From positions 1 through 64,000 of the forward strand of contig BTWA01000033.1 of the NCBI GenBank assembly GCA_045863295.1: a DNA stretch of 64,000 nucleotides, written 5' to 3'. Of the stretch, positions 10,039-19,933 are shown piece after piece (position 1 is the stretch's first letter; every line of letters starts with the position of its first letter). The notes below the pieces were generated by a model that saw only the letters and a program-made list of their open reading frames with translations, made no database searches and was not told the DNA's origin. The translations under genes and the position numbers were made by a program. This DNA is from Candidatus Hydrogenedentota bacterium. Lineage in GTDB: Bacteria > Hydrogenedentota > Hydrogenedentia > Hydrogenedentales > SLHB01.

Positions 10039-11640
10039 CTACAGCAGAGGCAAAAGGACTCGTATCAGCAACTCGCGCTCCTCGCTCTCCAATCCAGTCG
10101 CAAGCAGTTCCGTTTGCCAAGGAAAAAGACTGAACAATATCCGATAGATCACGATCCACACGCACATGGCAACCAGAAACCAACCGGTGGATATACCTGT
10201 GTAGCGCTTGCAAAGCGATATGCAGGCATCCCGGTAGCCCTTGCGAGCAGCGGCGACGATCTCGACCGATCCCGTCTCGCCTGTCCGCTCGATTACCTTG
10301 GATACAGGCGGAATGGCGAAAATCGGATAAAGGATGCCGAAGCCAAGATTACCCACAAGCAATATAAGCCATAGTACACTCACAACGCTCATCCACGGAA
10401 ACGTACCCAAATCGACCCGCTGACACACCGCAATCACAAGAAGCAATACCAGGTACGCTCCGGGCAGCAATCCAAGCAATACCTTGCCGTACAACGGGTG
10501 CTCCACATTTCCCGCCATCGGATTCACCCTAGTTAGCCGCGACAACACGTACAAGGCTAGGGAAAATGAAGTGCAAGCGGTTATAGTCAAAACGCACCAC
10601 CCCAACGGGTATCGAAAACGCTTCTTGTCGGATTCGATGCGCGCTCCGCGCTCGTGCTCAAACGCCGCCAGAGCCGTCTGGGCCGTCTCGAGTTCGACAA
10701 TCCGTTTGATCGCCGCTTCATCCGGCGGTCTTTCCAAAACCTGTGCAATGCGCCGTCGCTCGTTGGCCGCTTCCAACTCAATGGCCAATCCACTCTGCGC
10801 AAGCAATGCTAGGCCCGCCCTACCGGCTTCGGATTGTTGAGCCCGGGTCTGAGCAGCCTGGGTCAATCGCCTGCCCATGGATTGGATGTGCTCCAGCCAC
10901 CCATCCCACGTTTCAAGTTCACTGGGATTCGATTCGGACTGGCTCAACGAAAGCAGCAATTGGGCGTAGCGAATCAAAGGGTTCACACAATCTCGAACGA
11001 TACCCCGGTTCAATTCGGAATACCAATACCCCGACGCAGGAAGATCCGGATGCCATAACGGATCTGGAAACGCTATGTCTCGATCGCTGCCTGTTGCCCT
11101 CGCAACCAAAGAAAGCGACTCCGTAAAATTCGGATTGGCGGGATCAATCCAAGGAATGACCGCGGCTTCCAGATACAGCGGCAACGCATTGCGAGGCGCT
11201 TGGTCCCCGGATTCGCGAAACCGTGCGCGCGCAATACCCGCCCTCCCTATATCGTTTAACCGTATGCCATATTGTATGGCCAGTGCCCAGTTACCCGGAT
11301 CGTATTCGTAGGCACGTTCGTACGTAGGCAAAACCAGATCGGCTTCCTCGCGTTCGGCCAGCGCCTGAACATACCGCGGCGAAGGGTACTCATGGTTCTG
11401 TTCATCCTCGCGAACTGCTTGACGAAGCAGGTTGCGGCCCGACTCCGGCGGCAATACGATTCCGTTGATGTACAGCATTTCCGCGTGCTCGTAACGCAAA
11501 AACCGCTCGGATATCCATAGCATCCAGGTAAACGACACAATAAGTGCGATAAACCAGCGAAATGCCCGTCTGCTGCGCCGGGATCCCAGAAGATCCCCCC
11601 CGCCGCCGTACTCCGGAAACTGATACTCCTCCGATTTCAA
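10039..11640 (-). CDS. hypothetical membrane protein with a helical/TPR-like soluble domain
   Basis: 533 aa ORF: one N-terminal TM, an alpha-helical domain, about 4 C-terminal TMs. Its TTG start overlaps the pgi stop. Confidence 0.75.
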   Translation of the reverse strand: MKSEEYQFPEYGGGGDLLGSRRSRRAFRWFIALIVSFTWMLWISERFLRYEHAEMLYINGIVLPPESGRNLLRQAVREDEQNHEYPSPRYVQALAEREEADLVLPTYERAYEYDPGNWALAIQYGIRLNDIGRAGIARARFRESGDQAPRNALPLYLEAAVIPWIDPANPNFTESLSLVARATGSDRDIAFPDPLWHPDLPASGYWYSELNRGIVRDCVNPLIRYAQLLLSLSQSESNPSELETWDGWLEHIQSMGRRLTQAAQTRAQQSEAGRAGLALLAQSGLAIELEAANERRRIAQVLERPPDEAAIKRIVELETAQTALAAFEHERGARIESDKKRFRYPLGWCVLTITACTSFSLALYVLSRLTRVNPMAGNVEHPLYGKVLLGLLPGAYLVLLLVIAVCQRVDLGTFPWMSVVSVLWLILLVGNLGFGILYPIFAIPPVSKVIERTGETGSVEIVAAARKGYRDACISLCKRYTGISTGWFLVAMCVWIVIYRILFSLFPWQTELLATGLESEERELLIRVLLPLL

Positions 11641-12998
11641 CCCTTGGATCCCATCAAAGCGCGAGCGATATTCTTGCCTTCCTCAACACCCGGTTGATCA
11701 AAGGTGTTTACATTGTAAAGGCGGCCCGCCATGGCCGTTTCCACTTCCAACATGTAAAGTAACTGGGCAACCGTATGCTCATTGACCTTGGGTAAGGTCA
11801 CACGGATGACCGGCCGCTTGCTGATCTTCAGCGCATCCACCGTGCCCTTCAATTCCGCCGCCATCAATTTGTTCATCGTGCTGCCCCGTAGATATTCCAA
11901 TTCCGCGATGGGCTTAATCGTCTCAGGAACCTTTAACGTCTTGTCAAAGCGCTTGACCTCGATAATATTAAACAGCTTGTTGTTGGGACCCTCCCGATAC
12001 AACTGCACCTGTGAATGCTGATCGGTGGCGCCCAACGCCTTAATCGGAGTCTGCCCGGCAAATACTTCCTCTCCATCAAGACTCAACCGTTTGCCCAGGC
12101 TCTCCGCCCACAATTGGCAATACCAGTCCGCCACGTCTCGCAATGAATCCGCGTACGGCATCATCACCGACATTGTCTTGCCTTTCTTCACGTCGGCAAG
12201 ATAATGCACAGCCGCACGCGCATACGCGGGATTCGTTTCCAAGTCCGCCTTGCCGCACCGCGCATCCATCGCGGCACACCCCTCGAACATCGCATCTACA
12301 TCCATCCCCATAAGTGCCGCCGGAAATGTCCCCACCGGCGAAAAAACCGAAAATCGCCCACCCACATTTAATGGAACCGCAAACTCCTTGAGCCCATACA
12401 AATCAGTGACCGGATGCAGCAGACTCTTCGATCCCCCACGCGGATTCGTGCACGTTACGATGTGTTCGGCAATCCCTTCCTTTCCCAGCTTCTTTTCAAT
12501 CGCCTCGACCGCTATCAGCAGTTGAATCATCGTCTCCGCCGTACCACCCGACTTCGACACGACGTAATACAATGTCTTGGCGGGAGCACACAGCCGAAGC
12601 ATTTCCCGAAACGACATCGGATCAATATTGTCCATTACAAAAAGGCGCGGTTGACCCTTACGGCCGGATTTCGTCTTCATGTTGTGAAACTTGGAACGTA
12701 ATGCCGTCGCCAACGCCGTCGTCCCAAGCGCAGAACCTCCGATACCAAGTACCACAATGTTCTCAATGCCCTTCTTCAGAAAAGTCTGAGCCGTGGCCTT
12801 CACATCCTTCAGTGTCGCATCATCCTTGTACAAATCCCAAAATCCGTACACCTTGTCTTTGCGTTCTTTCATAAGCACGGAATGAAAGGCTTCTATCCGT
12901 GGTGCAATTTCCGCCAATTCAGACGGCGCGACGCCGTGCTCCACACCCACGGCCCCCGATTTGGCACGGGAAATGTCAACTTGAATATCCAGACTCAT
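11637..12998 (-). CDS. pgi: glucose-6-phosphate isomerase
   Basis: GIGGSALG, SKSGGTAET, VGGRFSV, WAESLGK, DQHS, FDQPGVEEGK. Confidence 0.97.
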   Translation of the reverse strand: MSLDIQVDISRAKSGAVGVEHGVAPSELAEIAPRIEAFHSVLMKERKDKVYGFWDLYKDDATLKDVKATAQTFLKKGIENIVVLGIGGSALGTTALATALRSKFHNMKTKSGRKGQPRLFVMDNIDPMSFREMLRLCAPAKTLYYVVSKSGGTAETMIQLLIAVEAIEKKLGKEGIAEHIVTCTNPRGGSKSLLHPVTDLYGLKEFAVPLNVGGRFSVFSPVGTFPAALMGMDVDAMFEGCAAMDARCGKADLETNPAYARAAVHYLADVKKGKTMSVMMPYADSLRDVADWYCQLWAESLGKRLSLDGEEVFAGQTPIKALGATDQHSQVQLYREGPNNKLFNIIEVKRFDKTLKVPETIKPIAELEYLRGSTMNKLMAAELKGTVDALKISKRPVIRVTLPKVNEHTVAQLLYMLEVETAMAGRLYNVNTFDQPGVEEGKNIARALMGSKG

Positions 12999-13000
12999 AA

Positions 13001-15571
13001 TCAATCTCCTTCGCTGGGATGAAAAAATGTACGTAACGCCATGAACACTCCGTGGCGCGGTCCAGACACGACTCGCATGGCCGGAAGGGACTCCAGAAAC
13101 ATGCGGCCGTAGTATTTTGTCATGATTCGGCGGTCCAATACGATCACGGCCCCCCGATCAGACCGGCGGCGGATAAGCCGGCCAAATCCCTGCCGAAACT
13201 TGATGACCGCCTGCGGTACGGTATATCCCATAAATGCATTGCCTCCAGCACGTTCGATTGCCTCCGCACGGGCCTCCTGGATTGGCTCTGTCGGCACACG
13301 AAACGGCAACTTCGGCACGATTACGCACTGTAACGCGTCCCCCGCGACGTCCACTCCCTCCCAAAAGCTGTCGGTACCAAACAATACACTGGAAGCGTCA
13401 CTGCGAAATCGTTCCAGAAGCGGGGTCCTCGCCATTTGCCCTTGTTTCAACGGGGTAATGCCACCCGCTTTCAACTCCCGCTCCAGCTTACTGTACACAT
13501 AGTCCATCGCATAAAAAGAGGTAAACAAAACGAACGCATGCCCGCGCGTAATGTCCAGCGTTTCCCGGACACAGGATACCGTTTCATCAAGAAAACCCGG
13601 TGCATCGGGCGGCACAAGATCGGTCGGCACGCACAAAAGCGCCTGGTGCTCGAAATCAAATGGAGAACCAAGCGCCAGCGGCTCCACGTGCCGCTCGCAT
13701 ACTTTGTCCAAACCCACTCGGCCCTGGAAATACTGAAACTCCTTCCGAATGGACAAGGTCGCCGACGTCAACACAGCCGACCGCAAGTTGCTCCACACCC
13801 ATTCCGCCAACGGTTCCCCCACATCAAGCGGGCACCGGACGATACGCACAATGTTTTTGTTCGACGAATCAATCTCAATCCAGCGTACTGTATTCCTCTC
13901 CAACCGCTCGCTCGTGCCTTCCGCCAATACATGTGCCAGACGAACCAATCGATCGCGATACGCCTCCAATTGAAATAATTCCGTCAAAAACGGCGACTCG
14001 CCCACTTCTGGTTTCGGAATCGCTTTGACGCGCTCAGCAATCTTGCCCACATTCAACGCGCATTCCTGAATCTCTTCCACAAGGGGCTGAACGTAAACCA
14101 CATGTATTTCGCGAAGCTCGGGATCCTTCAAGACCTCTTCGGTCAAACGCCATTTCACATCGCGCCCCAATTGCTTGCAGCGCTCCGAGGTCAGATTCCG
14201 CAAACTCTGAAACGCCGCCGACAATCCCTCCCGCAATGCCGACAACAATGGCAACAACGTGTTATCGATCAAATTAAAGAAGTCGGTTTGCTCTGAAAAC
14301 GACACCAGATGAGTCTCGCGCATGATCTTCATCTTCAACATCGGCAACAAACCGCGTTCCCGCCCACGCTCTACCCGGATAAACCGGCCTATCAGACTCA
14401 TCGCCCCGTTCCGGGTGGCCTCCGCGCCAAAATATTCCGTCGCGGATTCCTCCACGCTGTGCGCCTCGTCGATCACAACGCGACTGTACGCAGGCAACAC
14501 CCCCACCCCGTTGAACTGACCCAATTCACGCTTTACTGAGAGATCGCTGAACAACATATGGTGATTAACGACCAGCAAATCCGCTTTTGCAACCTCCCTG
14601 CGCGCCTTGCCCACAAAACACTGTCTGGAATTGGGACATTGATTAATGCGGCACGTGTCGGCTTCAGAACATACCTCTTCCCAAAGTTCGCGAGGAGGTA
14701 CAAACGGCAAATCCGAAAGACTGCCATCCTCAGTCTTGCGCGCCCAAGCCAAAAGCGCCTCCATGGTCTCTTTGTCCGTCTCCCCCTCCATCAAACTCGA
14801 CTCGGACATAAATCGGTTAAGCTTGCGCCAACAGAGATAGTTGCTTCGCCCCTTCACCAGCACCGCGCTGCACGGACGCTCCAGGCAGGTCTGAATGACA
14901 GGTAAATCTTTTTGGATTATCTGTTCCTGAAGATTGATGGTTCGAGTTGAAACTACCACCCGCTCTTTGTTCTGAATCGCCCAATGGGCCGCAGGCAACA
15001 AATACGCAAACGTCTTGCCGACGCCCGTTGGCGCTTCGACCACCCCAATCCCGTCTTCGTTAAACGCCCGTGCCGCGTGCCGCATCATGTCCAACTGCTG
15101 CGGACGAAACTCAAACCGCGGCACCGACCGAGCAAGCGTGCCTGCAGGATTCAAATCGCGGACCAGCCCATCCACATCAAGCAAAGCATGGGGCTTGTCG
15201 CGCAACGGCTCCACCACCACATAAACGCGCGCGCAGGCATTGTCCACGATGTACACGCCATGACCCTGAAATCCAAATATCGTGGATAATTGAAGGTCGG
15301 CCTCGGATGGCGCAATGTGACCGGACGGGTGGTTATGGATTACTACGTCGCCCTTTTCGAGGTCATGGGTAATCGCAGGGACCGCCCCTTCCGTACCCCG
15401 CGCCAGCACACGGACCGTTCGGACAATTCCCGCCTTGTCCAGTGCCCCAGCAAAAAAAACCTCGCGCCCCCCTGCCTGGCGAATCGCCGAAGTCACGACT
15501 TCCAACGCCTCAGCCGCAAAGCGTGCCGAAGCGGTTTCGCCTAACGTCTCGTCAACTTCCATTTGGTGCAT
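13001..15571 (-). CDS. DinG-family Fe-S helicase with N-terminal JAB/MPN-like domain
   Basis: HNHPSG-x4-S-x2-D JAB motif; APTGVGKT, Fe-S cysteines, DEAH, QGFGRLIR. Confidence 0.92.
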   Translation of the reverse strand: MHQMEVDETLGETASARFAAEALEVVTSAIRQAGGREVFFAGALDKAGIVRTVRVLARGTEGAVPAITHDLEKGDVVIHNHPSGHIAPSEADLQLSTIFGFQGHGVYIVDNACARVYVVVEPLRDKPHALLDVDGLVRDLNPAGTLARSVPRFEFRPQQLDMMRHAARAFNEDGIGVVEAPTGVGKTFAYLLPAAHWAIQNKERVVVSTRTINLQEQIIQKDLPVIQTCLERPCSAVLVKGRSNYLCWRKLNRFMSESSLMEGETDKETMEALLAWARKTEDGSLSDLPFVPPRELWEEVCSEADTCRINQCPNSRQCFVGKARREVAKADLLVVNHHMLFSDLSVKRELGQFNGVGVLPAYSRVVIDEAHSVEESATEYFGAEATRNGAMSLIGRFIRVERGRERGLLPMLKMKIMRETHLVSFSEQTDFFNLIDNTLLPLLSALREGLSAAFQSLRNLTSERCKQLGRDVKWRLTEEVLKDPELREIHVVYVQPLVEEIQECALNVGKIAERVKAIPKPEVGESPFLTELFQLEAYRDRLVRLAHVLAEGTSERLERNTVRWIEIDSSNKNIVRIVRCPLDVGEPLAEWVWSNLRSAVLTSATLSIRKEFQYFQGRVGLDKVCERHVEPLALGSPFDFEHQALLCVPTDLVPPDAPGFLDETVSCVRETLDITRGHAFVLFTSFYAMDYVYSKLERELKAGGITPLKQGQMARTPLLERFRSDASSVLFGTDSFWEGVDVAGDALQCVIVPKLPFRVPTEPIQEARAEAIERAGGNAFMGYTVPQAVIKFRQGFGRLIRRRSDRGAVIVLDRRIMTKYYGRMFLESLPAMRVVSGPRHGVFMALRTFFHPSEGD

Positions 15572-15711
15572 CCAACGGATTCATACTCCAAAAGTATGAG
15601 AATATCAGAAATGAGCGCGTCGTGGATGCGGTCTCCCGATGCGGCGGCACGGAAGGATGGGTTTGAGGGCGGGTGCAAGAGCGTGCCAACCGCACGGCGG
15701 CAGTCCTGCCG

Positions 15712-16491
15712 CTAAATCCCGCTGCCGCTGATATGTATGCCGCACTCTTTGTTGTCGTCACTTCCATTAAACCAGCGCCACCGGCCCGCGCGCTTGTCTT
15801 CCCATGGAAGTGTCGGCGTCGTGCATATCATGCAGCCGATGCTGGTGTAGCCCTTGTCATACAGGGCATTGTGCGGAACAGTATGCTCATCGCTGTAGCG
15901 GCGAATGGCTTGTTCATCCCAATCCGCAAGTGGATTAAGTTTCAGAATTGGCCGGTCATTCGGCTCCACGTAGGTAGCCTTCGGCGTTGCCTTGCGGAAT
16001 TCACTGTGATCGCGCCGCAACCCCGAAATCCACACATCCACAGAGTCGAGCGCACGGTTGTTGGGCTCCACCTTGCGTATATGACAGCAAAACTCCTGCT
16101 TGTCTTTGCTGTCAAAAAACAAAAACTCGCCGTGTTGCTTCACCATGCGCTCGAGCTTCTCCGGATCCGGCTGAAATCGCTCAATAGTCAGGCCATAACG
16201 CTTCTCGATCTCATCCATCAACGCATACGTCTCGTCGTGCAAACGCAACGTATCGACCGTTACAACGCGCAGTCCCGGAGCAACACGCGACGCCATGTCT
16301 ATCATCACGCAACCCGTGTTCTGAAAACTCGTGATGATCGCCGCGCGCTCGCCAAAATTCTCGTGCGACCAAGCCAGCAAAGCCTCGGGCTCCATCGCGT
16401 TCAAACGATCCAGCAAGGCCAAGTCGTTGCCAAACGCGTGTATGTTTTCGTCTATGTTCGCGTTAACTTGACTCATCCTGTCCCGCGTCAT
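15712..16491 (-). CDS. cysH: APS/PAPS reductase ([4Fe-4S] type)
   Basis: FCCHIRK and SIGCMIC cluster ligands, GRW, C-terminal ECGIH. ATGA overlap with the sulfite reductase stop. Confidence 0.95.
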   Translation of the reverse strand: MTRDRMSQVNANIDENIHAFGNDLALLDRLNAMEPEALLAWSHENFGERAAIITSFQNTGCVMIDMASRVAPGLRVVTVDTLRLHDETYALMDEIEKRYGLTIERFQPDPEKLERMVKQHGEFLFFDSKDKQEFCCHIRKVEPNNRALDSVDVWISGLRRDHSEFRKATPKATYVEPNDRPILKLNPLADWDEQAIRRYSDEHTVPHNALYDKGYTSIGCMICTTPTLPWEDKRAGRWRWFNGSDDNKECGIHISGSGI

Positions 16492-18251
16492 TCCTGATGA
16501 TGCGCCGTAGGCGCGCCCAATTTGGATTGCAATTCTTCCACGCCGACACGGTGCGACCAGTCGCCAAACCGTTCTCCCTCGCCTCGCTCCGATTTCCACG
16601 CCGCCAACAACGCATTGAGCAGTCCGGGAAGCTCTTCCGCCTTCACTTTTTCGTTGAATACCTCGTTCAAGCGCGTACCATTAAAATCCCCACCGGTATA
16701 CAGCACATACTGATTCGCGCCAAACCCCACTATCCCAATCTCCGCCGTGCGCGGACGCGAACAGTTGTTGGGGCACCCGCTCATCCGAATCATCACATCG
16801 GCATCGCCATGACCCGCCTCTTCAACCGCCGCGATTACACCCGGCAAGGCACGCTCCGCCTCCGACATCGCCAGACCGCACAACGGCAACGCTGGACAGG
16901 CCATCTCCATACGGCGTATCGCGGTAATCCCCTTGTCCGTCGGGATCCCGTATTCGTCCAACAACCGCTGCACCTCGGCCACATCGTCATCCCGGATGCC
17001 GGACAAAATCGCATTGTGGTGAGGCGTCAGGCGAACCTGCGGCCGGAACTTCTCCACTATAGCCCTCAGTCCCGTTCGAAATCGGAAGCCATTTTCAAAA
17101 TCGCGAATTCGGCCGTTCTCAATCCACACACCCACATAATTCAGACCGGACTGAATCTGCTTGTGCCAGCCCAGATAATCCGGCTGGCTGTCCGGCACTA
17201 CGTTGCGGGGCGCGTCAAATGTACGGCCTGCATATTCGAAGACTTTCGCCCTGAACGCATCAAGGCCAATGTCGTCCATCAAATACTTCAATCGCGCGTG
17301 CTTGCGATCCGCCCGCCCCCCAAAATCGCGCTGTACCTTCACAATCGCTTCGAGAACGGGCAACAACTCTTCGCGGGATACAAAGGCCAGATGCGTGCCC
17401 AGCCGGGGATACGTGCCCGCCTTGCGGTGCGTGTACCCCAGGCCACCGCCCGCAAGTATTTCGTAGCCCACAATTCGGCCATGTTCGGTCACCGCAATGA
17501 TGCCCACATCTTGCGTATACACATCGACGCTGTTGTCAAAATCCGTGGCTAAACCTATCTTGAACTTCCGGGGCAGATACGTCTTGCCGTAGATCGGATC
17601 CGGCTCCGCTTCCGCCGGCCCGCGGTCTTTAAACGTCACTGTACCGTCGGAATTGACCGTCACCTTTTCGTCATCGAGCCACAAATCGAAATACGCCCCG
17701 GTCGTCGGCATGAAGTACCGGCTGATTTCCTCGGATATTTCGATCAAGTCAGCGCCACAGTCTTTATAGCGAAGGTCGATGTCGGAAACCGCCGCCGCCA
17801 TCGTATTGCGCACCACATCACCGCAACCGCCAAGCGTCGTAATTTCAGCCAGCTTGTTCAATTCGTGAATGAGCGGCCGCAAATTGCGTTTGACCACCCC
17901 ATGGAATTGAAAATCCTGGCGGGATGTCACGCGAAGGTCGCCTTGCCCATAGCGATCCGCCAAATCGTCGCAAATCAAGTACTGCTCCGCCGATATCCGC
18001 CCCCCCGGAAACTTGGTCCGCAGCATCATCTTGTAGTCTTTGTCCAGCTTGGCCTTCTTGCGCTCGGTACGGGTATCCCGATCGTCCTGCTGGTAGCTCC
18101 CGTGATGCTTCATCAACTGCGTCGATTCTTCGCAGAAACTCGGAGACGGATTTTCCAAATCGTCGAGCAAGGTACCCCTAAGGCCACGGCTGGCTGCCTT
18201 CATGCCCTCCACTGCGCTAAGCTTCGGTTCCTGAGATTCATCGGGCGTCAT
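16488..18251 (-). CDS. cysI: assimilatory sulfite reductase hemoprotein (CysI/Sir family)
   Basis: HGSYQQDDRD, YLPRKFK, siroheme/Fe-S ligands CPALPLC and GCPNNC. Confidence 0.95.
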   Translation of the reverse strand: MTPDESQEPKLSAVEGMKAASRGLRGTLLDDLENPSPSFCEESTQLMKHHGSYQQDDRDTRTERKKAKLDKDYKMMLRTKFPGGRISAEQYLICDDLADRYGQGDLRVTSRQDFQFHGVVKRNLRPLIHELNKLAEITTLGGCGDVVRNTMAAAVSDIDLRYKDCGADLIEISEEISRYFMPTTGAYFDLWLDDEKVTVNSDGTVTFKDRGPAEAEPDPIYGKTYLPRKFKIGLATDFDNSVDVYTQDVGIIAVTEHGRIVGYEILAGGGLGYTHRKAGTYPRLGTHLAFVSREELLPVLEAIVKVQRDFGGRADRKHARLKYLMDDIGLDAFRAKVFEYAGRTFDAPRNVVPDSQPDYLGWHKQIQSGLNYVGVWIENGRIRDFENGFRFRTGLRAIVEKFRPQVRLTPHHNAILSGIRDDDVAEVQRLLDEYGIPTDKGITAIRRMEMACPALPLCGLAMSEAERALPGVIAAVEEAGHGDADVMIRMSGCPNNCSRPRTAEIGIVGFGANQYVLYTGGDFNGTRLNEVFNEKVKAEELPGLLNALLAAWKSERGEGERFGDWSHRVGVEELQSKLGAPTAHHQE

Positions 18252-18460
18252 GGATCAAAAACTCCTGCAACCCCTGATCTGGGGCCGTCTAAATCGGATC
18301 ACGATGTTGCCACAGGCAAAAACGGTGCGAATTGTACTCAACAAGGACGTACAATTGCAGCCCGCCTCGCCAGTGAGTTAATGATTACATATCCGATTCA
18401 TTAAGTCAAATATAACGACAATATACACACCTGTTCCAATATGGACACAATTATGGCCGG

Positions 18461-19033
18461 TTAAAGTGACGCCTGACTACGGTTCAAAAGACTCATGAAT
18501 TCAGAACGAGTCGCCGACTCATCCCGAAAACTCCCCAATACGGTCGACGTGGTCATTACAGAGTTCTGCTTCTCAACCCCCCGCATCATCATGCACATGT
18601 GACGGCATTCCATCACCACACCCACACCTTCAGCCCCTGACACGTTCATGATTTCACGCGCGATTTCTTCGGTGAGCCGTTCCTGAATCTGCAGGCGGCG
18701 CGCATAGTAATCCACTATGCGTGACAACTTGCTCAACCCCAGTACTTTGTCTCGCGCTATGTATCCAATGTGACACCGGCCGAAGAAAGGCAGTATGTGG
18801 TGCTCGCAAAGGCTGTACACCTCGATGTCACGCGAAATGATCATGTTGTTCGCGTGCGCTTCAAACACCGCGCCGTTCACCACGTCTTCCAGTGCCGTGC
18901 GGTATCCGGAAGTCAAATAGGCGTACGCTTGCGCAACGCGCATCGGCGTCCGTTGCAGACCTTCGCGTTCGGGATTTTCGCCGATTTCAATCAACAATTC
19001 CCGAATTAGCGTTTCTACGCGCTCCAGGTTCAT
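18461..19033 (-). CDS. folE: GTP cyclohydrolase I
   Basis: [32 protein letters not shown] overlap with the folK stop. Confidence 0.97.
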   Translation of the reverse strand: MNLERVETLIRELLIEIGENPEREGLQRTPMRVAQAYAYLTSGYRTALEDVVNGAVFEAHANNMIISRDIEVYSLCEHHILPFFGRCHIGYIARDKVLGLSKLSRIVDYYARRLQIQERLTEEIAREIMNVSGAEGVGVVMECRHMCMMMRGVEKQNSVMTTSTVLGSFRDESATRSEFMSLLNRSQASL

Positions 19034-19566
19034 GGCGCCAAGCTTGCTCGCAGGCATGCCGTAAACTCCTTCTCTTCCCTTAATCCGCCCACGTCCATGG
19101 CCGACACCAACGCTCGGAGAGGTTCTCCAGTAGTTGGCAAGACGGTGTCTGGAGCCACTTCCAGCAGGGGCACGGCCAAAAATGGGCGTATCCACAAATC
19201 AGGATCGGGGATCCGCAAATCGGGCTCCTCCACGATCCAATTATCATACAACACAATATCCAAGTCGATGGTCCTGGCGGCGTCCTTGTCGTCACTCCTC
19301 AAACGGCCTAACCTATCCTCTATATTCCGTAACACGTCGTATTTCAGCTGCCTCGGCGGCAGATCGGTGCGTACCGCTACGAGTCCGTTAAGAAACTCCG
19401 GCTGTTCCGGACGTCCCAGAGGGGCGGTTCGATAAAAGGTGGAAATCGATGTAATGGCAGTTTCTCTATGGAGCCGCTCCAAAGCGGCGACAATGTGATC
19501 TTCCGGCCGAATGTTTGACCCGACCGACACATACGCCAAGGATGTCGCGCACTTAGCGCTTACCAT
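19030..19566 (-). CDS. folK: 2-amino-4-hydroxy-6-hydroxymethyldihydropteridine pyrophosphokinase
   Basis: [22 protein letters not shown]. Confidence 0.95.
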   Translation of the reverse strand: MVSAKCATSLAYVSVGSNIRPEDHIVAALERLHRETAITSISTFYRTAPLGRPEQPEFLNGLVAVRTDLPPRQLKYDVLRNIEDRLGRLRSDDKDAARTIDLDIVLYDNWIVEEPDLRIPDPDLWIRPFLAVPLLEVAPDTVLPTTGEPLRALVSAMDVGGLREEKEFTACLRASLAP

Positions 19567-19933
19567 CTCCCCGCTCCCGGCGCACCTGGATGGCAACACT
19601 GCGGGCAAATCGCAAGGCGCCCGGCTTGTCCACCGTAATCTCCGCTGCACATACCCGTCCGTCCTCTAGGCAAACGGCCGCAATCCGATCGGCCAGCCGC
19701 TCCACTAGATAAAAGCTCGAGTGCTCCACCATGTCTATGATGGCCACTTTCACTTTTTTGTAATCTACTGTGTCCTCAATGGCATCCGTCTCGGCAGCGC
19801 GGCTGAGATCGGTCTCCAAGACAACGTTGATAATCACGTCTTGCTTGTTTTCGCGCTCTTCGGGGTTAATCCCTACGATGCACCTGCACTGCAAATCGCG
19901 AATGTAAATTCGGCCGGTCGCTCGATCATCCAT
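19553..19933 (-). CDS. folB: dihydroneopterin aldolase
   Basis: IVGINPEER, VDYK, LVERLA, VDKPGAL. Confidence 0.95.
   Translation of the reverse strand: MDDRATGRIYIRDLQCRCIVGINPEERENKQDVIINVVLETDLSRAAETDAIEDTVDYKKVKVAIIDMVEHSSFYLVERLADRIAAVCLEDGRVCAAEITVDKPGALRFARSVAIQVRRERGDGKR

Noticed and set aside
15673..17552. 274-aa and 351-aa plus-strand ORFs
   Set aside because: They are antisense to cysH and the sulfite reductase and show no recognisable motifs.
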